This document shows positions 6,801-14,135 of a stretch of 32,000 nt of DNA, piece after piece. Position numbers and translations under genes: made by a program. Numbering within the stretch: the first letter of the stretch is position 1; each line of letters opens with the position of its first letter. This DNA is from Propionibacterium ruminifibrarum (lineage in GTDB: Bacteria > Actinomycetota > Actinomycetes > Propionibacteriales > Propionibacteriaceae), in NCBI RefSeq assembly GCF_900289195.1, contig NZ_OMOH01000006.1, forward strand, positions 30,001-62,000, in the 5' to 3' direction. The notes under the pieces are model-generated. The model did no database searches, was not told the origin of the DNA, and was given only the letters and a program-made list of their open reading frames with translations.

Positions 6801-7729
6801 GTCTCGGGCGCGAAGGGACCGGTCACCGTGATGGTGGCGGTGCTCCCCTCGGTGGTCATCGTCATGTCGAAATCGCCGTAGGCGCTGCTCAGGTCCTCAC
6901 CGGCGGCGTTGACGATCGGGTCGCCCGCCTCGCGGGCCGGGTCGGTGGCGCTGTTGCGCAGTAGGAGCCGTGCCGTGGTCAGGTCGGTGGAGAAGGTCAT
7001 GCCGTCGCCGAGGGTGTCGGTGAAGGTGAGGGTCTGGTTCGTCGAGCCGTCGAAGACCATCCCGGTGTCCTGGGTCAGGCTGGTGGTGTTGAAGTTGATG
7101 CCCCACTGCACGCTGGTGGCGTTCTCGGCGATGGCGCCGCCCCACTTGGACAGCGAGCCCCATCGGCCGTAGTCGGGTCCGGGGATGCCGCCGCCCGCGG
7201 GCAGTTGGACGGCCGTGACGACACCGTTCGCCGTGATGTTCGCGGTCTGGCTCGTCGTGCTCGTCGTGGCGACGAGCAGGGCCTGCCCCGTGCCACTGAA
7301 GCTGGTGAAGCCCGAGTTGCGGAGCTCGTCGACCGTGCCGTCGAAGGTGCACACGACACGGGTCCTCGTCAGTTCGCAGCTGCCGATCTGTTTCTCGGCG
7401 CCGTCGTAGAGGATGGACATCGGGGTGGTCTTGGGGAAATCGAGGTTCCTGAAGTTGGCGCCGAGGTCGATCGAGAAGGAGTCGCCGCTCTTCACGTTGG
7501 CCCTGGTGGCGTCCCAGGTGAAGGACAGCTTCGCGTAGCCGCCGACCTCGATCTTGCCGTCCTGGTTCTCGCCGCCGACGGTGGACCGCACCAGGCTCAG
7601 ACCCGAGACGGTGATGGCCGAGTTCTCCTCGGCCCGGGCGGGAAGGGTCGTGTTGAAGATGGTGAGCATCAGGGTGAGTGCGAGGAATACGGCACCCAGC
7701 GGGCGCCGCACCGAGCGGGTGCGCGACAT
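3899..7729 (-). CDS. Large LPXTG-anchored cell-wall surface protein (MSCRAMM-like adhesin), 1276 aa
   Basis: Track ORF 3899..7753. The signal peptide is MSRTRSVRRPLGAVFLALTLMLTIFNTTLPARA|EE. An N-terminal Ig-like adhesin region of about 340 aa follows, containing the motif TLTFTDTLGDGMTF. Next comes one Cys-free repeat-like domain, then seven repeats of about 100 aa of three subtypes arranged (A-B-C)x2-A, each with a conserved C-x27-30-C pair. A Pro/Thr/Ser/Glu-rich stalk (PVPEPTPSTPDETPESSTPAPEPS) leads to the sorting signal LPRTG, a hydrophobic helix and RRRRR. The start at 7729 is chosen because GGAAGG lies 9 nt upstream and it aligns with the paralog's start. Confidence 0.9.
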   Translation of the reverse strand: MSRTRSVRRPLGAVFLALTLMLTIFNTTLPARAEENSAITVSGLSLVRSTVGGENQDGKIEVGGYAKLSFTWDATRANVKSGDSFSIDLGANFRNLDFPKTTPMSILYDGAEKQIGSCELTRTRVVCTFDGTVDELRNSGFTSFSGTGQALLVATTSTTSQTANITANGVVTAVQLPAGGGIPGPDYGRWGSLSKWGGAIAENATSVQWGINFNTTSLTQDTGMVFDGSTNQTLTFTDTLGDGMTFSTDLTTARLLLRNSATDPAREAGDPIVNAAGEDLSSAYGDFDMTMTTEGSTATITVTGPFAPETNYFIVYNADFPGGSVVKGFQYQNSVTLQGLNQTRSAERYYVDSFSISVEMAAGFGGFDVTKLLRGNGASSVPDGTSLTVAVNYELPAAASAYEGWTAPGTLNADRRTGTTTMTVRVGQKTPYPSTFPAGTRITLEEDTSTASPAPDGYAWGDPVFTIGNRTTNTLTIGDQTSVAVNLSNQVTALGTFSVTKSVSGVSAGDKEFTFTYDCSDGQTGSLTVKGDGAAVTADRSFPLGTECTISEDTSSAEVPNHALDVPQDQTVTISDAMTPIPVSFTNNYTRNEGALLVRKLVTGDYQASSAEMFTVNYRCDDGSEGSLDVPGDGSEVLSPRLPAGIVCTITEDAHSAERDGYVVATSYSDTSVVISGSAALLLTVTNDYTRLVGGFTIAKSVDGDGASLAPRAFAFDYDCVDEAGEPTRSGSVAVEAGTAASVTDVPVGRCTVTERNAEVIVADQETRLTVDGQEASGPSVSFDVTDGAEIAVAATNTYTLHRGTFSVAKSVSGVSAGDKEFTFTYDCSDGQTGSLTAKGDGRAVTADASFPLGTWCTVSEDADAAQIDGYTLDVPQDRTVTITEKDQVVPVDFENAYTRDEATFSVAKQVTGDYQASPSDAFTVNYSCDNDATGSLVVPGDGSEVSGPRLPTGTSCTITEDAGSAERAGFAVATRYSDTTVTIAKGENPVLTVTNDYTRLVGGFTVAKTVDGDGASLAPTSFTFDYDCTDEAGESTVSGELTVGAGATASVTNVPVGRCTVTERDAEAAGTDLAAILTLDGQEASGPSASFDVVNGAEIAIAATNTYTLHRGTFSVAKSVSGASAGDKEFTFTYDCTDGQTGSLTVPGDGTAVTADTSFPLGTECTISEDADAAQIDGYTLDAPQDRTVTVSERDQVVPVEFENVYTPVPEPTPSTPDETPESSTPAPEPSTGESPRRHSTSPSGLPRTGAGAAGLTAALVCVVAAVPLLRRRRR
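4082..4257 (-). repeat. 3' module shared with the paralogous adhesin gene (partner 8372..8547)
   Basis: Base-by-base comparison shows 4082-4178 is identical to 8372-8468 (97 nt). The full 176-nt stretch has 4 mismatches (4179, 4223, 4228, 4229). Similarity continues more weakly for about 150 nt further. Confidence 0.9.
4105..6255 (-). repeat. Intragenic tandem repeat with an exact 927-bp (309-codon) period, about 2.3 copies
   Basis: Identical landmarks recur at offsets of exactly 927 bp. ggtctgacc... occurs at 4304, 5231 and 6158. cagtcgtagtcgaagg occurs at 4644 and 5571. Copies appear roughly 80-95% identical by eye. Each unit encodes three Cys-pair domains (A, B, C). Confidence 0.9.
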
Positions 7730-7789
7730 GGCAATGAACCTTCCGGTGGTCATCGGCGGCGGGGGTGCGCAGCAGCATGAAGCTGCGAC

Positions 7790-7820
7790 ATGATACGCCG
7801 GTGAGTCGGTGTCCTGTCAA
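7790..7820 (-). promoter_or_regulatory. Candidate promoter of the large adhesin gene: TTGACA-N19-TATCAT
   Basis: On the minus strand, TTGACA corresponds to plus tgtcaa at 7815-7820 and TATCAT to plus atgata at 7790-7795. The same architecture occurs upstream of the paralog. The 19-nt spacer is longer than optimal. Confidence 0.4.
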
Positions 7821-8006
7821 CTCATGGCAAGCGGTTGGCAGTGGACCGTGGCATCAGCCCGTCATTCCGGAGTGGCCCGGAGCGGTGATCGGCCCAGGGT
7901 GATGGCGGGTGAGCCGGTCCGGGCACCGGGATCACTCGAGGCCTCGCGACCCTGGTGAGGCCCGGCCGTCCGCCACCACAGCGCACCGAGACGAGCCACG
8001 TGCAAC

Positions 8007-8046
8007 GGCGCCGGGCCGCTGACGAAGCAGTCAGTGGCCCGGCGCC
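8007..8046 (-). terminator. Strong GC-rich hairpin 35 nt downstream of the second adhesin gene
   Basis: ggcgccgggccgctgac gaagca gtcagtggcccggcgcc forms a 17-bp stem with one G:U pair and a 6-nt loop. There is no clear U tract. It separates the two adhesin transcription units. Confidence 0.55.
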
Positions 8047-8080
8047 GAGGACGGAACGCGCAACCTCTTTCAGGGTGCCG

Positions 8081-9427
8081 TCACCGGCGGCGCCTGCGCA
8101 GCAGCGGCAGGGCGGCCAGCGCGCCGGCCGCAGCGACGGCCGTGAGCCCGGCGGCACCGGAACCGGTCCTGGGCAGACCGGACGGGCTCGTCGAGCTCCG
8201 CCTGGCCGACTCACTGGGTGAGGAACTCGTGACAGGCGCAGAGGATTCAGGGGTCTCCACCGGCGCCGAAGGAGTCTGGGTCGGGGCCGGCGCGGAGGGC
8301 TCCGGGGACTCGCCAGGGGTCGTCGGATCCGGCGCGGAGGGCTCCGGGGACGAAGGGCTCTCCTCCGGGGCCGACGGGGTCGGCTCCGGGACCGGCGTGT
8401 AGACGTTCTCGAACTCGACCGGGACGACCTGGTCACGCTCGGAGACGGTCACCGTCCGGTCCTGCGGAACGTCCAGCGTGTACCCGTCGATCTGCGCCGC
8501 ATCCGCGTCCTCCGAGACCGTGCACTCGGTACCCAGCGGGAAGGACGCGCCGGCAACCACCGCCACACCATCACCCCTGGCCGTCAGCGAACCGGTCTGT
8601 CCGTCGGTGCAGTCATAGGTGAAGGTGAACTCCTTGTCACCGGCGGAGGCACCCGTCACCGACTTCGCCACCGAGAAACCGCCCTCATCACGGGTATAGG
8701 CATTGGTGAACGAGAGCCGCTGCGAGGTCTCATTCCGGATCTTCACCGTCTGGGTCTGTGGGACTTCCACCGAGTAGCCAGGCACCTGCGCAGAGGAGGG
8801 ATCCTCAGCCACGGTGCACTCGGTACCATTCGGGAAGGTCGTGCCGGCCTCGACCGACGTGCCGTCGCCCGGGACGGTGAGGCTGCCCGACTGACCATCA
8901 GTGCAGGTGTAGGTGAAGACGTAGGGCCCCACAGACTGGTCCCCGATACCTTCAATCACCTTGCTTACCTCGAAAGTACCGTGCCGGCTGTAGACATTCC
9001 ACACGGTGATCCTCGTGTCCCTTCCCCCAGTCACATCGAACTCGGCCCCGGCAATATCTTCCCAGATCACATCCTGGTTGCTCACAACCGTGGTCGACCC
9101 CAGGTCGGCGCCGGGCACCGAGGCGTCTCGCTGATACGCATCGCACTGCCCGATCGGCACATCGGTGATGGTGACACCACTGCCGACCTCAACCGTCAGC
9201 ACACCGGACACGGTGGGCTCACCGGCAGTGTTCGAGCACTCGTAGTCGAAGGTGAAAGACTTGGGAGTCAACTCGCCCGCATTGCCGATTGCTGGGTCTA
9301 CGAAGATGGTGAAGCTGCCGACATCATCGGCGTGCGCGGGGACAGTCGCGTTGAAGAGTGTGATCATCAGGGTGAGAATGAGGAACACGGCACCCAGCGG
9401 GCGCCGTCTTGAGTGACTGCGCAACAT
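8081..9427 (-). CDS. LPXTG-anchored cell-wall surface protein, shorter paralog of 3899..7729, 448 aa
   Basis: Track ORF 8081..9451. The signal peptide is MLRSHSRRRPLGAVFLILTLMITLFNATVPAHA|DD. Three Cys-pair repeat domains follow (one C-type, two A-type) with no N-terminal adhesin region. A long Pro/Ser/Glu/Thr stalk leads to LPRTG, a hydrophobic helix and RRRRR. The start at 9427 has GGGAAAGG 8 nt upstream. Confidence 0.9.
   Translation of the reverse strand: MLRSHSRRRPLGAVFLILTLMITLFNATVPAHADDVGSFTIFVDPAIGNAGELTPKSFTFDYECSNTAGEPTVSGVLTVEVGSGVTITDVPIGQCDAYQRDASVPGADLGSTTVVSNQDVIWEDIAGAEFDVTGGRDTRITVWNVYSRHGTFEVSKVIEGIGDQSVGPYVFTYTCTDGQSGSLTVPGDGTSVEAGTTFPNGTECTVAEDPSSAQVPGYSVEVPQTQTVKIRNETSQRLSFTNAYTRDEGGFSVAKSVTGASAGDKEFTFTYDCTDGQTGSLTARGDGVAVVAGASFPLGTECTVSEDADAAQIDGYTLDVPQDRTVTVSERDQVVPVEFENVYTPVPEPTPSAPEESPSSPEPSAPDPTTPGESPEPSAPAPTQTPSAPVETPESSAPVTSSSPSESARRSSTSPSGLPRTGSGAAGLTAVAAAGALAALPLLRRRRR
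8372..8547 (-). repeat. 3' module shared with the large adhesin gene (partner 4082..4257)
   Basis: See the partner entry: 172/176 nt identical, including a 97-nt perfect run. Confidence 0.9.
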
Positions 9428-9490
9428 GAGGACGACCTTTCCCAGGAGCATCGCGGATCGGGGGGTGCGCAGACAATTGAAAGCAGAACC

Positions 9491-9521
9491 ATGCTAGGCG
9501 GGGCACTCCCGGCAGTGTCAA
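9491..9521 (-). promoter_or_regulatory. Candidate promoter of the second adhesin gene: TTGACA-N19-TAGCAT
   Basis: On the minus strand, TTGACA corresponds to plus tgtcaa at 9516-9521 and TAGCAT to plus atgcta at 9491-9496. The geometry matches 7790..7820. Both are followed by the identical 12-mer CTGCGCACCCCC (plus 9461-9472 and 7761-7772) in the predicted 5' UTR. Confidence 0.4.
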
Positions 9522-9604
9522 ATCACCCCGCGAGCAGTCGGCCCCGGCCACAGCAGCGGCTTTTCATCGTGGAGTAAACTTGGTCGGTCCCCGGCAGAGG
9601 AAGA

Positions 9605-11821
9605 ATGCAGTTGAGCGAATCCGAACACCAGGATCTCACCGAGCCCCTGGCCTCTGAGCTGGCCGTCGAGCAGCAGCACGTCGACCGGGTCTACGAGGCC
9701 CTTCGCCGGGCGGAGGCGCAGGCCCGCAGCGTCGAGGCCGAGTCCCGCGCCCGCTTCACCTCGGACCGCGCCGACTGGCTGCGTGAGGAGAACAGCACGG
9801 CACTGTTCGAGCGCGACGCCTTCGCCTACCAGGCGGCCAGGCGCCTGGCGATTCTCGACGAGGAGCACGAGGGCCTGGTCTTCGGCCGCCTCGACCTGCG
9901 CGAGGACGACGAGAGCCGCTACATCGGCCGCATCGGGGTGCGCGACGCCGACTACGAGCCCCTCGTCATCGACTGGCGCGCTCCGGCGGCCTCAGCGTTC
10001 TACCGCGCGACCCCGACGAACCCGATGGGCGTGATCCGCCGCCGTGTCCTGCGGTGCCGCGACGACAAGGTCATCGGCATCGAGGACGACCTGCTCGACA
10101 CCGAGGCGCAGTCCGATCTGGTGATCATCGGTGAGGGCGCGCTCATGGCGGCCCTGTCACGGGCCCGCGGCGCGCACATGCGCAGCATCGTGGCGACCAT
10201 CCAGGCCGAGCAGGACGAGGCGATCCGCGCCCCCCACCAGGGTGTCACGATGATCGCCGGGGGCCCGGGCACCGGCAAGACCGTCGTCGCCCTGCACCGC
10301 GCCGCCTACCTGCTGTACACGCACCGCAAACGCCTGGAGCGCGGCGGTGTGCTCGTCGTCGGCCCCTCCGACGTCTTCATGCGCTACATCGAACGGGTCC
10401 TGCCCGGCCTGGGCGAGGACGCCGTGGCGCTGCGCAGCATCGGCCGGGTCGCGCAGGACGTGCTGGGCACGGGCACCGATCGCCAGGACGACGCCGAGAC
10501 CGCGATCCTCAAGGGCTCGCTCGTCATGGCCAAGCTGATGCGCCGCATCTGCAACGAGCCCCTGGCCGCCGAGGCAGCGCGCAGCCTCAAGGTCAGCGTC
10601 AAGGGCGAGTTCCTCAGGGCCGATGCCCGCACCCTGTCGGGCATCCGTTCCCAGGTGCTCGGACAGCGCACGATGAACCAGGCCCGCCCCGCCGCCGAGA
10701 AGGCGTTGCTCGATGCCCTCTACGCGGGTCGTCCCGCCGAGATCGAGGACATGCCCCGCGAGGAGTTCGACGATCGTGTCACCGGGCAGGCCGCCTGGCG
10801 GATGTTCATGAACGCCTGGTGGCCGCTCGTCGGCCCCGAACAGACACTCGCCCGCCTCGCCGAGCCGTCGGTGCTCGCCAAGGTCGCGCGAGGCCTGCTC
10901 GACCCCGACGAGCAGGCCGTGCTGTCACAGTCCCTGGCCCACGCCCGCGGCTACCTGCCCGGCTCGGGCCAGCCCAGGCCGGCCTGGACGGTCTCCGACA
11001 TCCCGCTGCTCGACGAGTTGCACGCCATCCTCGGGCCGGTGCCGCTCGCCGAGGACGCCGAGCCCGAGCTGTTCGTCGACTCCGACGTGCCCGAACTCGT
11101 GACGGTGGCCGATCTGCTCACCGACCGCCGTGAGGACGACGAACCCCTCGAGAACTACTCGCACATCCTCGTGGACGAGGCACAGGACATCACGCCGATG
11201 CAGTGGCGCATGATCAGGCGGCGCGGCCCGCAGGCCAGCTGGACGATCGTCGGCGACCCGGCGCAGAGCTCCTACCCGGACGCCGGCCAGAGCGAACGCG
11301 CCCTGCGCGACCTCATCGGGCGCGCGCCCCACCGCACCTTCCGTCTGGCGACGAACTACCGGTCCCCCGCCGAGGTCATGGACCTGGCCGGCGCCTACAT
11401 CCGCCGTCTCATCGACGACGCCGACCTGCCGAACGCGGTGCGCAGCACCGGCGAGCACCCGCGGCTGCTCAGCTGCACACCGGACCGCGCCGCCGAGGAG
11501 ATCCGCACCCAGGTGGCCGCCCTGGCCGCCCGGGTCGAGGGCACCGTCGGCGTCATCGTGCCGCCGTCGCGCTACGCCGAGATCGCCGAGCTCGACCTCG
11601 GGGACTCGGATGAACGCGTCTTCGTCGTGACGGCCCTCGAGGCGAAGGGCCTGGAGTACGACGCGGCGCTGGTCGTCGCGCCCGACGAGATCGTCGACCA
11701 GGCCCCGGGCGGCCCGCGGGTGCTCTACGTGGCGCTGACCCGCCCCACCCAGCTGCTCACCACGCTCGACATCACCCCCGGCGCCTTTCCCGGCTCCTGG
11801 CGCACCGGGCTCGATTCCTGA
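9605..11821 (+). CDS. helD: HelD-type UvrD-like ATPase (RNA polymerase recycling/protection factor), 738 aa
   Basis: The N-terminal coiled-coil region is followed by the HelD signature GRIGVRDADYEPLVIDWRAPAASAFYRATP. Walker A is GGPGTGKTVVALHRAAYLLY and the DExx-like box is ILVDEAQDITPMQW. The C-terminal helicase motifs are TNYRSP and LEYDAALVVAP...LYVALTRPT. The SD GAGGAAG lies upstream of the ATG. Confidence 0.85.
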   Translation: MQLSESEHQDLTEPLASELAVEQQHVDRVYEALRRAEAQARSVEAESRARFTSDRADWLREENSTALFERDAFAYQAARRLAILDEEHEGLVFGRLDLREDDESRYIGRIGVRDADYEPLVIDWRAPAASAFYRATPTNPMGVIRRRVLRCRDDKVIGIEDDLLDTEAQSDLVIIGEGALMAALSRARGAHMRSIVATIQAEQDEAIRAPHQGVTMIAGGPGTGKTVVALHRAAYLLYTHRKRLERGGVLVVGPSDVFMRYIERVLPGLGEDAVALRSIGRVAQDVLGTGTDRQDDAETAILKGSLVMAKLMRRICNEPLAAEAARSLKVSVKGEFLRADARTLSGIRSQVLGQRTMNQARPAAEKALLDALYAGRPAEIEDMPREEFDDRVTGQAAWRMFMNAWWPLVGPEQTLARLAEPSVLAKVARGLLDPDEQAVLSQSLAHARGYLPGSGQPRPAWTVSDIPLLDELHAILGPVPLAEDAEPELFVDSDVPELVTVADLLTDRREDDEPLENYSHILVDEAQDITPMQWRMIRRRGPQASWTIVGDPAQSSYPDAGQSERALRDLIGRAPHRTFRLATNYRSPAEVMDLAGAYIRRLIDDADLPNAVRSTGEHPRLLSCTPDRAAEEIRTQVAALAARVEGTVGVIVPPSRYAEIAELDLGDSDERVFVVTALEAKGLEYDAALVVAPDEIVDQAPGGPRVLYVALTRPTQLLTTLDITPGAFPGSWRTGLDS

Positions 11822-11875
11822 GCCCGGACACGCGGCCATGAGCCGCATGCCTCGGCCCGGATCCGGGTCAGTCCG

Positions 11876-12865
11876 CTACCGGCGCCCCTCCTCCAGCATG
11901 GCGAGGATCCGGCGCGTCGCCGCCGAGCGGTTCTGAGTGAAGAACTGGATGCCGGGTGCCCCATCGGCGAGGAGCTCGCGGGCCAGTTCGGCGCAGATCT
12001 GCGCGCCGGTGAGACGCACCTGCTCGGGGTCGTCCGCGACGGACTGCAGACGGGCCACCATCTCCTCGGGCAGTGGCGCCCCGGACAGCTCGGCGAACTT
12101 GTCCACCTGCCTGATGGTGGTGACCGGCATCATGCCCGCGATGACGGGCATCCGGCAGCCGGCGGCGCGCAGCCGCTCGACCAGCAGGCGGTAGTTGGCC
12201 GGGCGGAAGAACAGCTGTGTGATGGCGAACTCGGCGCCGGCTGCCTGCTTGTCGCACAGCACCCGCACGTCGTTCTCGGCGGTCGACCCCTGGTGCACGT
12301 CGGGGAAGGCGCCGACGCCGACGCAGAACTCGCCGCGGCTCTTGATGAGTTCCACCAGCTCCGTGGCGTTGGACAGCCCCTGCGGGTGCCGCTGCCAGGG
12401 CACGAGCGGGCCGCCCGGCATGTCGCCGCGAACCGCGAGAATGTGGCGCACACCCATTTCGCCGTAGCCGTCGATGACGGCCTTCAGCTCGTCGACGCTC
12501 TGGCCGGTGCAGGTCAGGTGACCCATGACGCGCAGCCGCGTGCTGGCGAGGATGTCACGGACGGCGTCCAGGGTGCGTTCACGGCTGGAGCCGTTCGCAC
12601 CGTAGGTGACCGAGACGAAGTCGGGGTGCAACGGCTCGAGCTGCTCGATGGAGCGGTGCAGCACGGCCTGCCCCTCGTCGTCGCGGGGCGGGAAGAACTC
12701 GGCGCTGATGGTTGGGCGATCGGTTCGGGCGAGCAGCTGCGCGATGGTCTCGTCGGGACGGAAATCCAGACGATCCTGCGGCGTCACTGCATCGGGACGG
12801 TACTCGTGCTGCACGCCTCTCAGCCTACCGGTACCGGTTAGGCTGCTGGGCGTGTCCATGCCCAT
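11876..12865 (-). CDS. metF: 5,10-methylenetetrahydrofolate reductase MetF
   Basis: Track ORF 11876..13021. MetF motifs include ISAEFFPPRDDEG, FVSVTYGANGSSRERT, HLTCTG, ILAVRGD and AEFAITQLFF. The start is uncertain. ATGs at 12865 or 12859 would overlap the divergent synthase start at 12858. A GTG at 12814 (VQHEY..., 312 aa) avoids that overlap. The track start at 13021 is implausible. Confidence 0.9.
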   Translation of the reverse strand: MGMDTPSSLTGTGRLRGVQHEYRPDAVTPQDRLDFRPDETIAQLLARTDRPTISAEFFPPRDDEGQAVLHRSIEQLEPLHPDFVSVTYGANGSSRERTLDAVRDILASTRLRVMGHLTCTGQSVDELKAVIDGYGEMGVRHILAVRGDMPGGPLVPWQRHPQGLSNATELVELIKSRGEFCVGVGAFPDVHQGSTAENDVRVLCDKQAAGAEFAITQLFFRPANYRLLVERLRAAGCRMPVIAGMMPVTTIRQVDKFAELSGAPLPEEMVARLQSVADDPEQVRLTGAQICAELARELLADGAPGIQFFTQNRSAATRRILAMLEEGRR

Positions 12866-13931
12866 GTTCAATCCAGCAGACCCGGCCGGCCCGTCCTTCC
12901 GCGGCGCCATCGGTGAGCGTCTGAGCGGCTTCCTCGACGGCGCCTGCGCGCGCCTGGCACGGATCTCACCGGCACTCACCCCCCTGGGCGAACTGGCCCG
13001 CGTCTTCACCGCCGGCGGCAAGCGGCTGCGCCCGGCCTTCTGCTACTGGGGGCACGCGGCCGTTGCCGGTCAGCCGACCGACCCGTCCCCGCTCGTCGCC
13101 GCCGCCGCGAGCCTCGACATGATGCACGTCGCGATCCTCATGCACGACGACGTCATCGACGACTCCAGCACCCGGCGGGGTCTGGCGGCCGTTCACCGCC
13201 AGATCGAGGCGATGCACGCCGAGCAGGCGGGCAGTGGGGACCCGGCTGCCTTCGGACGCGCCGGGGCGATCCTGCTCGGTGACCTGCTCGCGGCCTGGTC
13301 CGATGAGCTGATCTGGGAATCGGGGTTCCCCCCCGCCATGCTGACCACCGCGCACCCCGTGCTGGACGACATGCGCACCGAGGTCAACGCAGGCCAGTTC
13401 CTCGACATGGCCGCGGAGGCCGGCCTGACCACCGGGACGGATCCGATCGCCGTCGCCGAACGCGTCGTCGAGTTCAAGACGGCCAAGTACACGGTCACCC
13501 GTCCCCTGCAGTACGGCGCGGCCCTGGCCGGAGCCGACCAGGCGACGCTCGACGCCCTCGCCGAACTCGGCTCCCCCCTGGGACGCGCCTTCCAGCTGCG
13601 CGACGACCTGCTGGGCGTCTTCGGCGACGAGTCGCTCACGGGCAAACCCGCCGGTGACGACCTGCGGGAGGGCAAGCGCACAGTACTCATCGCCGAGGCG
13701 CAGACGGCGGCGCCGCAGATCCTCGGCCTTCTCGGGCGTCCTCTCGACGAGGCCGAACTGTCCCGGGCCCGGGCGCTGCTCGTCGACTGCGGGGCCCGGG
13801 CCCGGGTCGAGGCGCGTATCGCCGCCGATGGTGCGCTGGCCCGGGCCGCACTGGACCGGCTCGCGATCACCGACGAGGGACGCACCGCCCTGGCAGCCCT
13901 CATCGAGGCGTGTCTCGTGCGCGACTTCTGA
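12858..13931 (+). CDS. Polyprenyl diphosphate synthase (geranylgeranyl diphosphate synthase, IdsA2-like), 357 aa
   Basis: This is the in-frame C-terminal part of track ORF 12606..13931, starting at MPMFNPADP. It has GGKRLRPAF, the first DDxxD box LMHDDVIDDSSTRRG and the second box FQLRDDLLGVFGD. It is divergent from metF, matching the Rv2172c/Rv2173 arrangement I recall from M. tuberculosis. Confidence 0.9.
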   Translation: MPMFNPADPAGPSFRGAIGERLSGFLDGACARLARISPALTPLGELARVFTAGGKRLRPAFCYWGHAAVAGQPTDPSPLVAAAASLDMMHVAILMHDDVIDDSSTRRGLAAVHRQIEAMHAEQAGSGDPAAFGRAGAILLGDLLAAWSDELIWESGFPPAMLTTAHPVLDDMRTEVNAGQFLDMAAEAGLTTGTDPIAVAERVVEFKTAKYTVTRPLQYGAALAGADQATLDALAELGSPLGRAFQLRDDLLGVFGDESLTGKPAGDDLREGKRTVLIAEAQTAAPQILGLLGRPLDEAELSRARALLVDCGARARVEARIAADGALARAALDRLAITDEGRTALAALIEACLVRDF

Positions 13932-13973
13932 CCCGGCGTCCCGACCCGTGCCGGGCGTTGGCCCCGCCGTCTG

Positions 13974-13995
13974 CACCGGGGATCATCCCGGTGCA
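13974..13995 (+). terminator. Hairpin 43 nt downstream of the polyprenyl synthase stop
   Basis: GCACCGGG gatcat CCCGGTGC forms an 8-bp perfect stem. There is no U tract. Confidence 0.3.
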
Positions 13996-14135
13996 TCCCC
14001 CGCCGGACCTGGACGCACCCACCCGGCGAATCATCTTTCTCAGGTGTTTCGTTGGGCCTGGCCCGCCCCGACGTCTTACACTGGCTCACAGGCTTACACG
14101 GCCTTCCTTCCCCGACCGTGTTTGGAGCAGACACC

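Noticed and set aside
3899-9427. Possibility that the two LPXTG genes form a sortase-assembled pilus operon
   Set aside because: No pilus-specific sortase gene lies in or next to the locus. I did not find a pilin motif (YPK-type lysine) or an E-box (YxLxETxAPxGY). A hairpin and a separate promoter lie between the genes. Independent wall-anchored proteins fit better.
9452-9604. Rifamycin-associated inverted-repeat element upstream of helD
   Set aside because: No long inverted repeat is evident in this 150-bp region. It mainly contains the candidate promoter of the divergent adhesin gene.
10925-13976. Long antisense ORFs 10925..11848 (-), 12966..13976 (-), 13193..14152 (-) and 12293..12841 (+)
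   Set aside because: They lie opposite helD, the polyprenyl synthase and metF respectively. All have biased composition and no motifs. The sense frames are clearly homologous to known families.
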